DNA of 64,000 bases from a virus (taxonomy: Duplodnaviria; Caudoviricetes), in the IMG/VR virus record IMGVR_UViG_3300037067_015007, positions 1 through 64,000 of that record; one strand, 5' to 3'. The notes under the pieces are model-generated. The model saw only the letters and a program-made list of their open reading frames with translations. It was not told the DNA's origin and did not search any database. Positions within the stretch are counted from its first letter, which is position 1. Every line of letters starts with the position of its first letter. Below, piece by piece: positions 56,813-64,000 of the stretch. The position numbers and the translations under genes were made by a program.

Positions 56813-56910
56813 TAATAAATAGTAGTGTAGGGACAGGGAGTCATGACCCTTTCAAGATGTCCACTCATCCTGAATTACCTACACTATATTTTGACCAAGT
56901 GGAGGGGCAA
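56813..56910 (+). ncRNA. endonuclease-associated pseudoknotted leader RNA, copy 7
   Basis: P1 UAGUGUAGG/CCUACACUA, P3 CAAGAUG/CAUCCUG, loop UCCACU pairs with AGUGGA at the SD. Confidence 0.8.
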
Positions 56911-57456
56911 ATGGATAATCAAAACGGAACGATTTATATAGCCACCAATCTAATCAATAGAAAGCAATATGTGGGGCAAACTATTAGAACTTTGAAAGAA
57001 AGAATAAACTGTCATAAATCTTCTCTTTCTTATTGTTTTGGAAATGCTATCAAAAAATACGGAATTCAAAATTTTAAATGGGTTCCTATTGAATATCCTA
57101 TTGAAGAATTAGATAAAATGGAGTGTTTTTGGATTCAAACACTAAACACCATTAGGCCTAATGGATATAATTTACAATATGGTGGACAAAAATCTCATTC
57201 TTATTCAGAAGAATTAAAAAGAAAAATGAGAGAAAATCATACAGATTATTCAGGAAAAAATCACCCTCGTTTTGGTTTACATTGGGATGAAGAACACAAA
57301 CAAAATCAAAGTAAAAAATTAAAAGGTAGGTTTATAGGTGAAAAAAATCCTAATTTTGGCAATAAATGGACACAAGAACAAAAAGATGCATTGAGTAAGA
57401 AAAAGAAAGAAATGCATCAAAATAAGATACAAAGAATAAATAATATAGAGGAGTAA
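56911..57456 (+). CDS. GIY-YIG homing endonuclease with NUMOD3 repeats
   Basis: GTIYIATN.IN.KQYVGQT, PNGYN, NPNFG. Confidence 0.9.
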   Translation: MDNQNGTIYIATNLINRKQYVGQTIRTLKERINCHKSSLSYCFGNAIKKYGIQNFKWVPIEYPIEELDKMECFWIQTLNTIRPNGYNLQYGGQKSHSYSEELKRKMRENHTDYSGKNHPRFGLHWDEEHKQNQSKKLKGRFIGEKNPNFGNKWTQEQKDALSKKKKEMHQNKIQRINNIEE

Positions 57457-57462
57457 GATAAA

Positions 57463-58566
57463 ATGGCAAAATATAAATCAGTTGCGGGTTATACAGGAAC
57501 AAATTATGACCAAAGTGTTATCTGGTCATATAAAACGGACATAGATAGAAATGTTCTTGCAAGATGGTTTGTTAATATTTACGAACAAGGGGTATTAAAA
57601 TACACTCCATCGGCTACAGGCCAAGTGGGGCCGACTATTGCGGCAGGAACATCTTTCTTGATTAAACAAAAAGATGCAACAAGTCCAAATGAAAAAATAG
57701 CCAAAGTCGATATGATTTATGACTATACTCTTCCTGTTTATGGTGATGCTGCGGGGTATGCTTTAATTGCTATGTGGGAAAACGCCGCAGACGAATATCG
57801 AGGCGTTGAATTTTATTTAAAAACCCCTGCTGAAATGGTATTAATAGTTGCCGCAGGATACAATTATGTTCAGTTCGGAACAGTAGAAATAGATTCAACG
57901 GCAGGGGCACCGACCCCAGGTTGGGTGGTTTCAAACACTACAGTTGGAATGACCCAAGCAGGTATGTCATCAGGATTGTTAGGTTATTCAGGATATAGCG
58001 GTATAGGTTTATCGGGATTCTCAGGTTATTCAGGAGACCCTGCCGCCAATTCAGGATTCTCAGGCTGGTCAGGAACATCGGGAGAAAAAGGTGATATCGG
58101 TCCAGGCGGTGGAGATTCAGGATTTTCAGGATGGTCGGGTGTATCAGGATATAGTAGTACAGTCCCAGGAAGTCAGGGAACTTCAGGATATTCAGGAAGG
58201 TCTGGCTTTTCAGGACTCACAGGTTCAGAATGTATTCTATTGACTTGTTCAGACGAAACTACTCCTTTGACGACAGGGACAAAAATAACATTCAGAATGC
58301 CTTATGCTATGAGTTTCTTATATGGTAGAGTCAAAGCAAGTTTAACAACTGCAAGTAGTGTAGGTATTACTGATATCGATGTCCGTAAGGCAGGACTGAC
58401 TATTTTATCAGCGTCAATATCTATGGGGCCAACCGAAGAAGTAAAAACAGGTGCAGGATTTTCTACAACTTCTTTAGTTGAAAATGATAAAATAACTGTT
58501 TATTTATCTTCAGTAGGAACAGGGGCAACGGGACTTAAAGTTTATTTGATTGGAAACAAGGCATAA
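57463..58566 (+). CDS. tail fibre-like protein with Gly-X-Ser collagen-like segment
   Basis: SGYSG/SGFSG run, then TTGTKITFRMPY...GLKVYLIG C-terminal domain. Confidence 0.7.
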   Translation: MAKYKSVAGYTGTNYDQSVIWSYKTDIDRNVLARWFVNIYEQGVLKYTPSATGQVGPTIAAGTSFLIKQKDATSPNEKIAKVDMIYDYTLPVYGDAAGYALIAMWENAADEYRGVEFYLKTPAEMVLIVAAGYNYVQFGTVEIDSTAGAPTPGWVVSNTTVGMTQAGMSSGLLGYSGYSGIGLSGFSGYSGDPAANSGFSGWSGTSGEKGDIGPGGGDSGFSGWSGVSGYSSTVPGSQGTSGYSGRSGFSGLTGSECILLTCSDETTPLTTGTKITFRMPYAMSFLYGRVKASLTTASSVGITDIDVRKAGLTILSASISMGPTEEVKTGAGFSTTSLVENDKITVYLSSVGTGATGLKVYLIGNKA

Positions 58567-58582
58567 AAATGGAGATTGAAAT

Positions 58583-59794
58583 ATGATTGGATTTGTTGAC
58601 CCTTATCAATTTACTAATGTTCCTGTAGGAGTTATTATTCCTTGGGCATCGGGAGCGCATATACCGCCTACGGGTTGGACTTTCTTTACTGCTCCAAATC
58701 CAGGTGTTGGTGGATTTAGCGGATGTTACATAAGAGCCGCAGGGGGAACAGTAGGTGTAAATACAACGGGAATTGGAGGCACTCCTGCGGGGCATGTAAG
58801 ATTTGATTCACAACCTGATGGGACACATCTTGGTACAGGCGGGGCAGCAAACCAAGCAGAAGCATATACGCAAGATGTACAATGCCCTGCCCATAATCCT
58901 TCTTGGAGATTAGAAGGCGGCGAAGAATCTGGAAATCATACACATACTTTAGATGCAACACCTGTAATGGGATATACACAATTTCAATTTATTAGGGCTT
59001 CAGTACAAGTTGAAAAATTTCCGATAAACGGTGTTCTCCTAAACACTACACACTCTGCAAGTTCTCTTCAATCAATTTATACTCAAATAGCAAGTACAGG
59101 AAAATATCTTCGAGCTGCCGATAGATATTCTTCCGCAGAAACTTCATGTCCGACAACAATGGACAATACTCTTGATAATGGAAAACACAGACATTATTGG
59201 TGGCCAGCATATTGGGCTTTAGGCCCAGGTGGGACAAATAGCCAAAATATTTTTTATAGTTCTGTTGGGCCAAATTGGGACGGATGGACAGGATATCATT
59301 TGCATACAATCAACTCAGTTAGTTTAGTAGATAATATTAAAAAAATATATACAACTGCATGGACAAATCAAACAACAGAATTTACAGGATTCAGAGGAAT
59401 GCTTGCATTTTGGGATGGAATAACACCTGCAACTTGTCCTGATGGATGGTCTCTCTGCGATGGTTCTAATGGAACAATTGATATGAGGGAATATTTTATT
59501 ATGATGGGTGGTATAACAGAAACAACGCCTTTGGGATTCAAAACAGGAACTAACCAAATTAATGTTGTACCCGCATCGGGAAATATGTTAGCGACTCAAA
59601 ACTTTACCAATCTTCCTGGTGGTCAGGGTCATAGGCATACTGAAAATGAATATGTAGATATTAGTGGTGGTTATAGATTAACAAGTGCATGGCATATGCC
59701 TTTTGATGTGAACCATTGGCACGGTTCAACACAAGGACTTAGCCTATCATATTATCCACAATATTATGGACTTTATGTTATTCAAAAATTATAA
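58583..59794 (+). CDS. tail collar-domain fibre protein
   Basis: VPVG.I..W....IPP.GW and P.GW.LCDG.NGT.D.R collar motifs. Confidence 0.75.
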   Translation: MIGFVDPYQFTNVPVGVIIPWASGAHIPPTGWTFFTAPNPGVGGFSGCYIRAAGGTVGVNTTGIGGTPAGHVRFDSQPDGTHLGTGGAANQAEAYTQDVQCPAHNPSWRLEGGEESGNHTHTLDATPVMGYTQFQFIRASVQVEKFPINGVLLNTTHSASSLQSIYTQIASTGKYLRAADRYSSAETSCPTTMDNTLDNGKHRHYWWPAYWALGPGGTNSQNIFYSSVGPNWDGWTGYHLHTINSVSLVDNIKKIYTTAWTNQTTEFTGFRGMLAFWDGITPATCPDGWSLCDGSNGTIDMREYFIMMGGITETTPLGFKTGTNQINVVPASGNMLATQNFTNLPGGQGHRHTENEYVDISGGYRLTSAWHMPFDVNHWHGSTQGLSLSYYPQYYGLYVIQKL

Positions 59795-59795
59795 A

Positions 59796-60338
59796 ATGAA
59801 AAAGAAATATTTTACAGAAGAAGAAAAAATAATTGCTAAAAAAGAATATCAAAAGAAGTATAAAAAAACGCATAAAGAAGAAAGAAAAAAATATGATAAA
59901 AAGTATTGTCAAAATCACAAAGAAAATATAGCCATAAAGAAGAAAGAATATTATGAAAACCATAAAGAAAAAACAAATATATATCAAAAAGAATATAGAA
60001 ATAATAGATTAAAAAAAGATATTAATTTTAGAATGATTTGCTATTTACGAAGTAGAATGTATTGGTCAATTAGAGGAAACTATAAATCAGGCTCCGCAGT
60101 CAGAGACCTCGGTTGTCCTATTTCTGAATTTAAGACCTATATAGAATCAAAGTTCCAAGACGGAATGACTTGGGAAAATTGGAGTAAAACGGGTTGGCAT
60201 ATAGACCATATTATACCTTTAGATTCTTTCAATCTTCAGAATAGGGAAGAATTTCTAAAAGCCTGTCATTATACAAATCTTCAACCTATGTGGGCTGAAG
60301 AGAATTTGAGAAAAGGGGGTAAAGTATGCCGAACATAA
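59796..60338 (+). CDS. HNH homing endonuclease
   Basis: WHIDHIIPLDSFNLQNREEFLKACHYTNLQPMWAEEN; no leader RNA upstream. Confidence 0.9.
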   Translation: MKKKYFTEEEKIIAKKEYQKKYKKTHKEERKKYDKKYCQNHKENIAIKKKEYYENHKEKTNIYQKEYRNNRLKKDINFRMICYLRSRMYWSIRGNYKSGSAVRDLGCPISEFKTYIESKFQDGMTWENWSKTGWHIDHIIPLDSFNLQNREEFLKACHYTNLQPMWAEENLRKGGKVCRT

Positions 60339-61165
60339 ATGCCCGTGAAATCATGGGGCTAGGAGCCGTATCAGGAATATCAGGATACAGCGGAAAAGTT
60401 GGAACATCAGGATATTCAGGAATTTCAGGAATATCAGGATGGAGTGGGGAAAATCCTGGTGCATCGGGACTTTCAGGATATAGTGCATGGTCAGGATTTT
60501 CAGGAATAAGTGCATGGTCAGGATTTTCAGGAATAAGTGCATGGTCAGGATTTTCAGGAGCAACAGGGGCATCAGGTTTTTCAGGAGTAGCAAGCGCAGC
60601 AACTTCAGGATGGTCTGGACCAAGTGGATTTTCAGGTTACTCAGGTAAAAGTGGATTCAGCGGCTACTCAGGTGTCTCAGGATTTTCAGGAGCAGGTACA
60701 AGTGGATTTTCTGCATGGAGTGGATATAGTGGATATAGTGGGTATAGTGGTAAAAGTGGGTATAGTGGCCCTTCAGGATATTCAGGCCCAAGCGGATATT
60801 CAAGTATAAGTGGATACAGCGGCCCTTCAGGATTTTCAGGATATAGTGCCGCCAACCTTGGATATTATTCAGCAACTTTTGATGCCTCTGCTTCTTGGTC
60901 AGATGCAACAACTTATTACAGAGTTGATTTTACTCACAATCTTAATTCACAAAAACTTCTCGTTCAAGTTTGGGATGAAACTATTTCACCAGGAAATTCG
61001 GGATATGACCCTGTTCCTGTAGCACCATATTATGAAACACAAACAATTCCTAAACCGTTCCAACTTGTAAAAAGAGGAGCAAATGTTCTCAGATTGCAAG
61101 TAAACCAAACACCAGGAGTTGATGGACGTTTTGCAGGTAGAATTGTTATTGTAAGTGTACCGTAA
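60326..61165 (+). CDS. collagen-like (Gly-X-Ser)n virion protein
   Basis: about 165 aa of SGYSG/SGFSG/SAWSG, then F.HNLN...LVQVWD domain. Confidence 0.8.
   Translation: MPNINAREIMGLGAVSGISGYSGKVGTSGYSGISGISGWSGENPGASGLSGYSAWSGFSGISAWSGFSGISAWSGFSGATGASGFSGVASAATSGWSGPSGFSGYSGKSGFSGYSGVSGFSGAGTSGFSAWSGYSGYSGYSGKSGYSGPSGYSGPSGYSSISGYSGPSGFSGYSAANLGYYSATFDASASWSDATTYYRVDFTHNLNSQKLLVQVWDETISPGNSGYDPVPVAPYYETQTIPKPFQLVKRGANVLRLQVNQTPGVDGRFAGRIVIVSVP
60482..60559 (+). repeat. 27-bp tandem repeat x3
   Basis: agtgcatggtcaggattttcaggaata repeated, encodes SAWSGFSGI. Confidence 0.85.
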
Positions 61166-61191
61166 TTTTTCGATAAGGATAAATAATTTAG

Positions 61192-61515
61192 ATGGGCTTA
61201 CAAGCAGGAGAGATACTTCTAAACAATAATCAATCAGCATATGCTGACCTGCTAACCTTCTACACTTTAACTTTCAAAGGTGCGAAAATAGCATACACCA
61301 TAATTCGAGGCGACCTAGTTGAACAAGGCGATATTTATTTATCATACAATCGATTTGCTGATACTGCACAAATAACAACAGAAGCAAATTTTGACGATAC
61401 AGGTGTTCAATTTTGCGCTTCAGTTAATGAAGGGTATATTCGTCTTTTGTACACATCGACAAATACGGGAATAACTCCCATTTTCAAACATAACATAACA
61501 TTCTTTCCACTATAA
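61192..61515 (+). CDS. small virion-type hypothetical protein
   Basis: 107-aa ORF behind a late motif. Confidence 0.65.
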   Translation: MGLQAGEILLNNNQSAYADLLTFYTLTFKGAKIAYTIIRGDLVEQGDIYLSYNRFADTAQITTEANFDDTGVQFCASVNEGYIRLLYTSTNTGITPIFKHNITFFPL

Positions 61516-63125
61516 TGAGCAAGAGAATATTTCAAAACTGCGGTAAGGTTTTTACAATAGAAGATAGTGGTCTAATTACCGCAGGAGATACTTCTCAATA
61601 TGACACATTAGTAACAAGCGATAATGATATTCCAAATAAAGCATATGTAGATTCTCATGGTGCTGGTGCATCAGGATGGTCAGGATATTCTGGACCAAGT
61701 GGTTATTCTGGACCAAGTGGGTATTCAGGTATATCAGGATTTTCAAGTCAAAGTGGCTATTCAGGAGTCAGCGGATTTACAGGTTATTCAGGAGTTAGTG
61801 GTTATTCAGGATATTCAGGAGTAAGTGGATATTCAGGATATTCAGGAGTCAGCGGTTATAGTGGAACAAGTGGATATTCAGGCTATTCAGGCGTAAGTGG
61901 TTATTCAGGGGTAAGCGGTTTCTCTGCCTACAGCGGAATAAGTGGATATTCAGGCGTAAGTGGTTATTCAGGTAAAAGTGGATATAGCGGCTACAGCGGG
62001 GCTAGTGGTTTTAGTGGATTGGCTTCAATTGGGGGAGCATATGTTTACACTAAACTAGTTGGTGATGCAAATGCCACTTGGACTATCGTTCATAACTTAG
62101 GTCAACAATATGTTAATGTACAATTAATTAATGGAGCAACAGGAACGGCATTTGATGGAACTTATGATTTTCCAACAATAACTTTTGATAATGCAAACCA
62201 ATTAACAGTTACATTTGGTTCTGCACAATATGGTTGGGCTTCAGTTGTATCAGGCGGCGGCATTAGTGGATACTCAGGTTCAGATGCACAGCAATCAGGA
62301 TATAGCGGTGTTTCAGGATATAGTGGAGTAAGTGGATATAGTGGAGTCTCAGGATTTTCTGGAACAGTAACAAAGGGAAATACAGGAGATTCAGGATATA
62401 GCGGTTATTCAGGGGTCAGCGGTTACAGCGGAGTCAGCGGTTATTCAGGTAAAAGTGGATATAGCGGTTACTCAGGCGTAAGTGGTTACTCTGCATACTC
62501 AGGCGTAAGTGGTTATTCAGGCTATTCAGGGACTAGCGGTTATTCAGGCAAAAGTGGATATAGCGGTTACTCAGGCGTATCAGGCACTTCGGGTTGGAGC
62601 GGTACTTCAGGCACAAAAGGCAATACAGGCGCAACAGGCACATCGGGCTACTCAGGCACATCAGGCGCAAAGGGTGCATCAGGCGCAAAAGGCACATCGG
62701 GCTACTCAGGCACATCTGGATACTCCGGAGTTGGTACTACGACAGGAACTTGGACTCCAACAATTACAGGGGGCACTACAGAAGGAACAACGACTTATAC
62801 TATTCAAGATGGTTATTATATTCAAATAGGAAAATTAGTATATGCAACTTGTAGGGTAACTTGGACAAATGCTACAGGCACAGGCACAATAAAGTTAGAT
62901 GGTCTTCCTGCAACAGTTAAAAATGTTACAAACGGAACGCAAGTTATAACGATATATGCTCAAAGTGGGATTGCACATACTGCGGGAAATTTAATACAAG
63001 GATATTTAGTTCCTAATACAACTTATGGACTTATGACCCAAGTGGATAAAGATGGAGTACTTGATAATTTATATATAGTTACAGCAGGTTCATTCAGACT
63101 TGGGATAACATATTTGGCAGAATAG
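61515..63125 (+). CDS. collagen-like (Gly-X-Ser)n tail fibre
   Basis: two long SGYSGVSGYSG blocks, W.I.HNLG domain, C-terminal GTWTP...Y.QIGKLV fibre domain. Confidence 0.85.
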   Translation: MSKRIFQNCGKVFTIEDSGLITAGDTSQYDTLVTSDNDIPNKAYVDSHGAGASGWSGYSGPSGYSGPSGYSGISGFSSQSGYSGVSGFTGYSGVSGYSGYSGVSGYSGYSGVSGYSGTSGYSGYSGVSGYSGVSGFSAYSGISGYSGVSGYSGKSGYSGYSGASGFSGLASIGGAYVYTKLVGDANATWTIVHNLGQQYVNVQLINGATGTAFDGTYDFPTITFDNANQLTVTFGSAQYGWASVVSGGGISGYSGSDAQQSGYSGVSGYSGVSGYSGVSGFSGTVTKGNTGDSGYSGYSGVSGYSGVSGYSGKSGYSGYSGVSGYSAYSGVSGYSGYSGTSGYSGKSGYSGYSGVSGTSGWSGTSGTKGNTGATGTSGYSGTSGAKGASGAKGTSGYSGTSGYSGVGTTTGTWTPTITGGTTEGTTTYTIQDGYYIQIGKLVYATCRVTWTNATGTGTIKLDGLPATVKNVTNGTQVITIYAQSGIAHTAGNLIQGYLVPNTTYGLMTQVDKDGVLDNLYIVTAGSFRLGITYLAE

Positions 63126-63136
63126 GAGATAAAGAA

Positions 63137-63223
63137 ATGGCAACAACTAAACTAAACAATTTCTATCGGGGTGATACACGGTCATATGCTTTAACATTCA
63201 CAAGCAATAGTGTTTGCCTATGA
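63137..63223 (+). pseudogene. truncated BppU-N-like gene start
   Basis: GGAG SD, MATTKLNNFYRGDTRSYALTF then frameshift; homologous to the N-terminus of 13705-13974. Confidence 0.5.
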
Positions 63224-63740
63224 TATTACAGGTGCTGCGGGAACAGGTAACACAGGCGCAGGTGGAACTTATTGTTTTTCAGTTCCCGCTACAGGAGCGC
63301 ACAGCGACCATTCTTGCTCAGCAGTCCTCAATAACGATGCGGTTAAAAAAGCAATATTGACAGCATGGAGTAATGCTTCAGCAGATTTTAGTGCGGTCGC
63401 AGGAATGATAGCAATGTACGAAAGTACAACCCCCCCTGCGGGATGGTCTCTTTGTAATGGTGCTGGAGCCACGATGGATTTACGGGATTACTTTGTTTAT
63501 ATAGGCACAACAGGAACACACGGAACGAGGTCAGGAACTAACAGAGTATCTGTTGATATTACTATTGGTTCATCTAGCAACACCCACAATCACCAATCAG
63601 GAGGGCATTTAGAAGAAGGAGACACCTTTGTTCGCCACGGCTCATATTCTAACACTCATTCGCATGATGGAACAATTACAGGCTCAATTCATAATTTTAT
63701 TCCTGTTTATTATGCCTTAGCATTTATTCAAAAAGATTAG
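63210..63740 (+). CDS. tail collar-domain fibre fragment
   Basis: GMIAMY...PP.GWSLCNG.G.T.DLRDYF, resembles the C-terminal half of 58583-59794. Confidence 0.6.
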   Translation: MFAYDITGAAGTGNTGAGGTYCFSVPATGAHSDHSCSAVLNNDAVKKAILTAWSNASADFSAVAGMIAMYESTTPPAGWSLCNGAGATMDLRDYFVYIGTTGTHGTRSGTNRVSVDITIGSSSNTHNHQSGGHLEEGDTFVRHGSYSNTHSHDGTITGSIHNFIPVYYALAFIQKD

Positions 63741-63748
63741 GAGGAAAA

Positions 63749-64000
63749 ATGAACAGCAAAATGTTTTTAATTGAAAAGGGGAAATTCGTTGTGATTAGAG
63801 ACAACAACGACAACGAAATCTCATTCAGTACGATAGAAGAGTTTAAAAAATTCTATCCTGAAATTGGGACTTTTATTGATAGTAAATGGTATGTTGACTA
63901 TGAACCAAATCGATATTGTCATTTTATTATCATAGATAATAATACAGAGAATATTTTTAAAACCAATCCGTTTGTTCAGGAATACGAACAGGCCATTGTC
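63749..64000 (+). CDS. hypothetical protein, partial (possible fibre assembly protein)
   Basis: GGAGG SD, ORF runs off the window end. Confidence 0.5.
   Translation, partial: MNSKMFLIEKGKFVVIRDNNDNEISFSTIEEFKKFYPEIGTFIDSKWYVDYEPNRYCHFIIIDNNTENIFKTNPFVQEYEQAIV

Noticed and set aside
11469-56910. Leader element as hammerhead, HDV/theta, twister or pistol ribozyme, or HEARO/omega RNA
   Set aside because: No CUGAUGA/GAAA core, no HDV topology with catalytic C, too short for HEARO, and the ORFs lack RuvC motifs; a new ribozyme class is not excluded
22553-60338. Endonucleases as group I intron-encoded ORFs
   Set aside because: Flanking genes are intact on both sides and I saw no P7 or other group I core; the nucleases are intergenic
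60351-61022. Extra ORFs in alternative frames of the Ser-Gly repeats
   Set aside because: They are artefacts of the low-complexity repeat lacking stops in other frames
60326-62730. Repeats as a CRISPR array
   Set aside because: They are 9- and 27-nt in-frame coding repeats without unique spacers, and no cas genes are present
1-64000. Stop-codon reassignment (code 15 or 4)
   Set aside because: Long essential ORFs are intact in code 11, and TAA, TAG and TGA all end genes at sensible positions
1-64000. tRNA or rRNA genes
   Set aside because: No cloverleaf with T-loop GTTCRA or rRNA-like segment recognised; a tRNAscan run is still advisable
57463-64000. Diversity-generating retroelement acting on the fibres
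   Set aside because: No reverse transcriptase and no TR/VR pair differing only at adenines seen in this window

Overview
Segment of a large, AT-rich T4-like (contractile-tailed) phage genome read in the standard genetic code. Bases 1-26.6 kb are mostly minus-strand accessory genes: NAD salvage pncB/pncA, MazG-like pyrophosphatase, FkbM methyltransferase, vWA protein, a 1586-aa multi-glycosyltransferase, ribosomal protein bS21, an HD-like protein and a nucleotidyltransferase. Bases 26.7-64 kb are a plus-strand tail module: gp15-like, sheath, four tube paralogs, tape measure-like, baseplate gp53/gp27/gp5/gp25/gp6/gp7-like, and fibres with (Gly-X-Ser)n repeats. Ten free-standing homing endonuclease genes (6 GIY-YIG, 4 HNH) plus one EndoVII-like ORF lie between genes. 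The most striking observation is a ~100-nt non-coding element found seven times, always directly upstream of a GIY-YIG or HNH gene. It follows a TAAATA late-promoter-like motif and folds into a three-way junction. Its hairpin loop forms a covarying pseudoknot with the strand overlapping the nuclease Shine-Dalgarno. I do not recognise it as a known RNA family. All protein calls come from motif recognition by eye; no database search was run.
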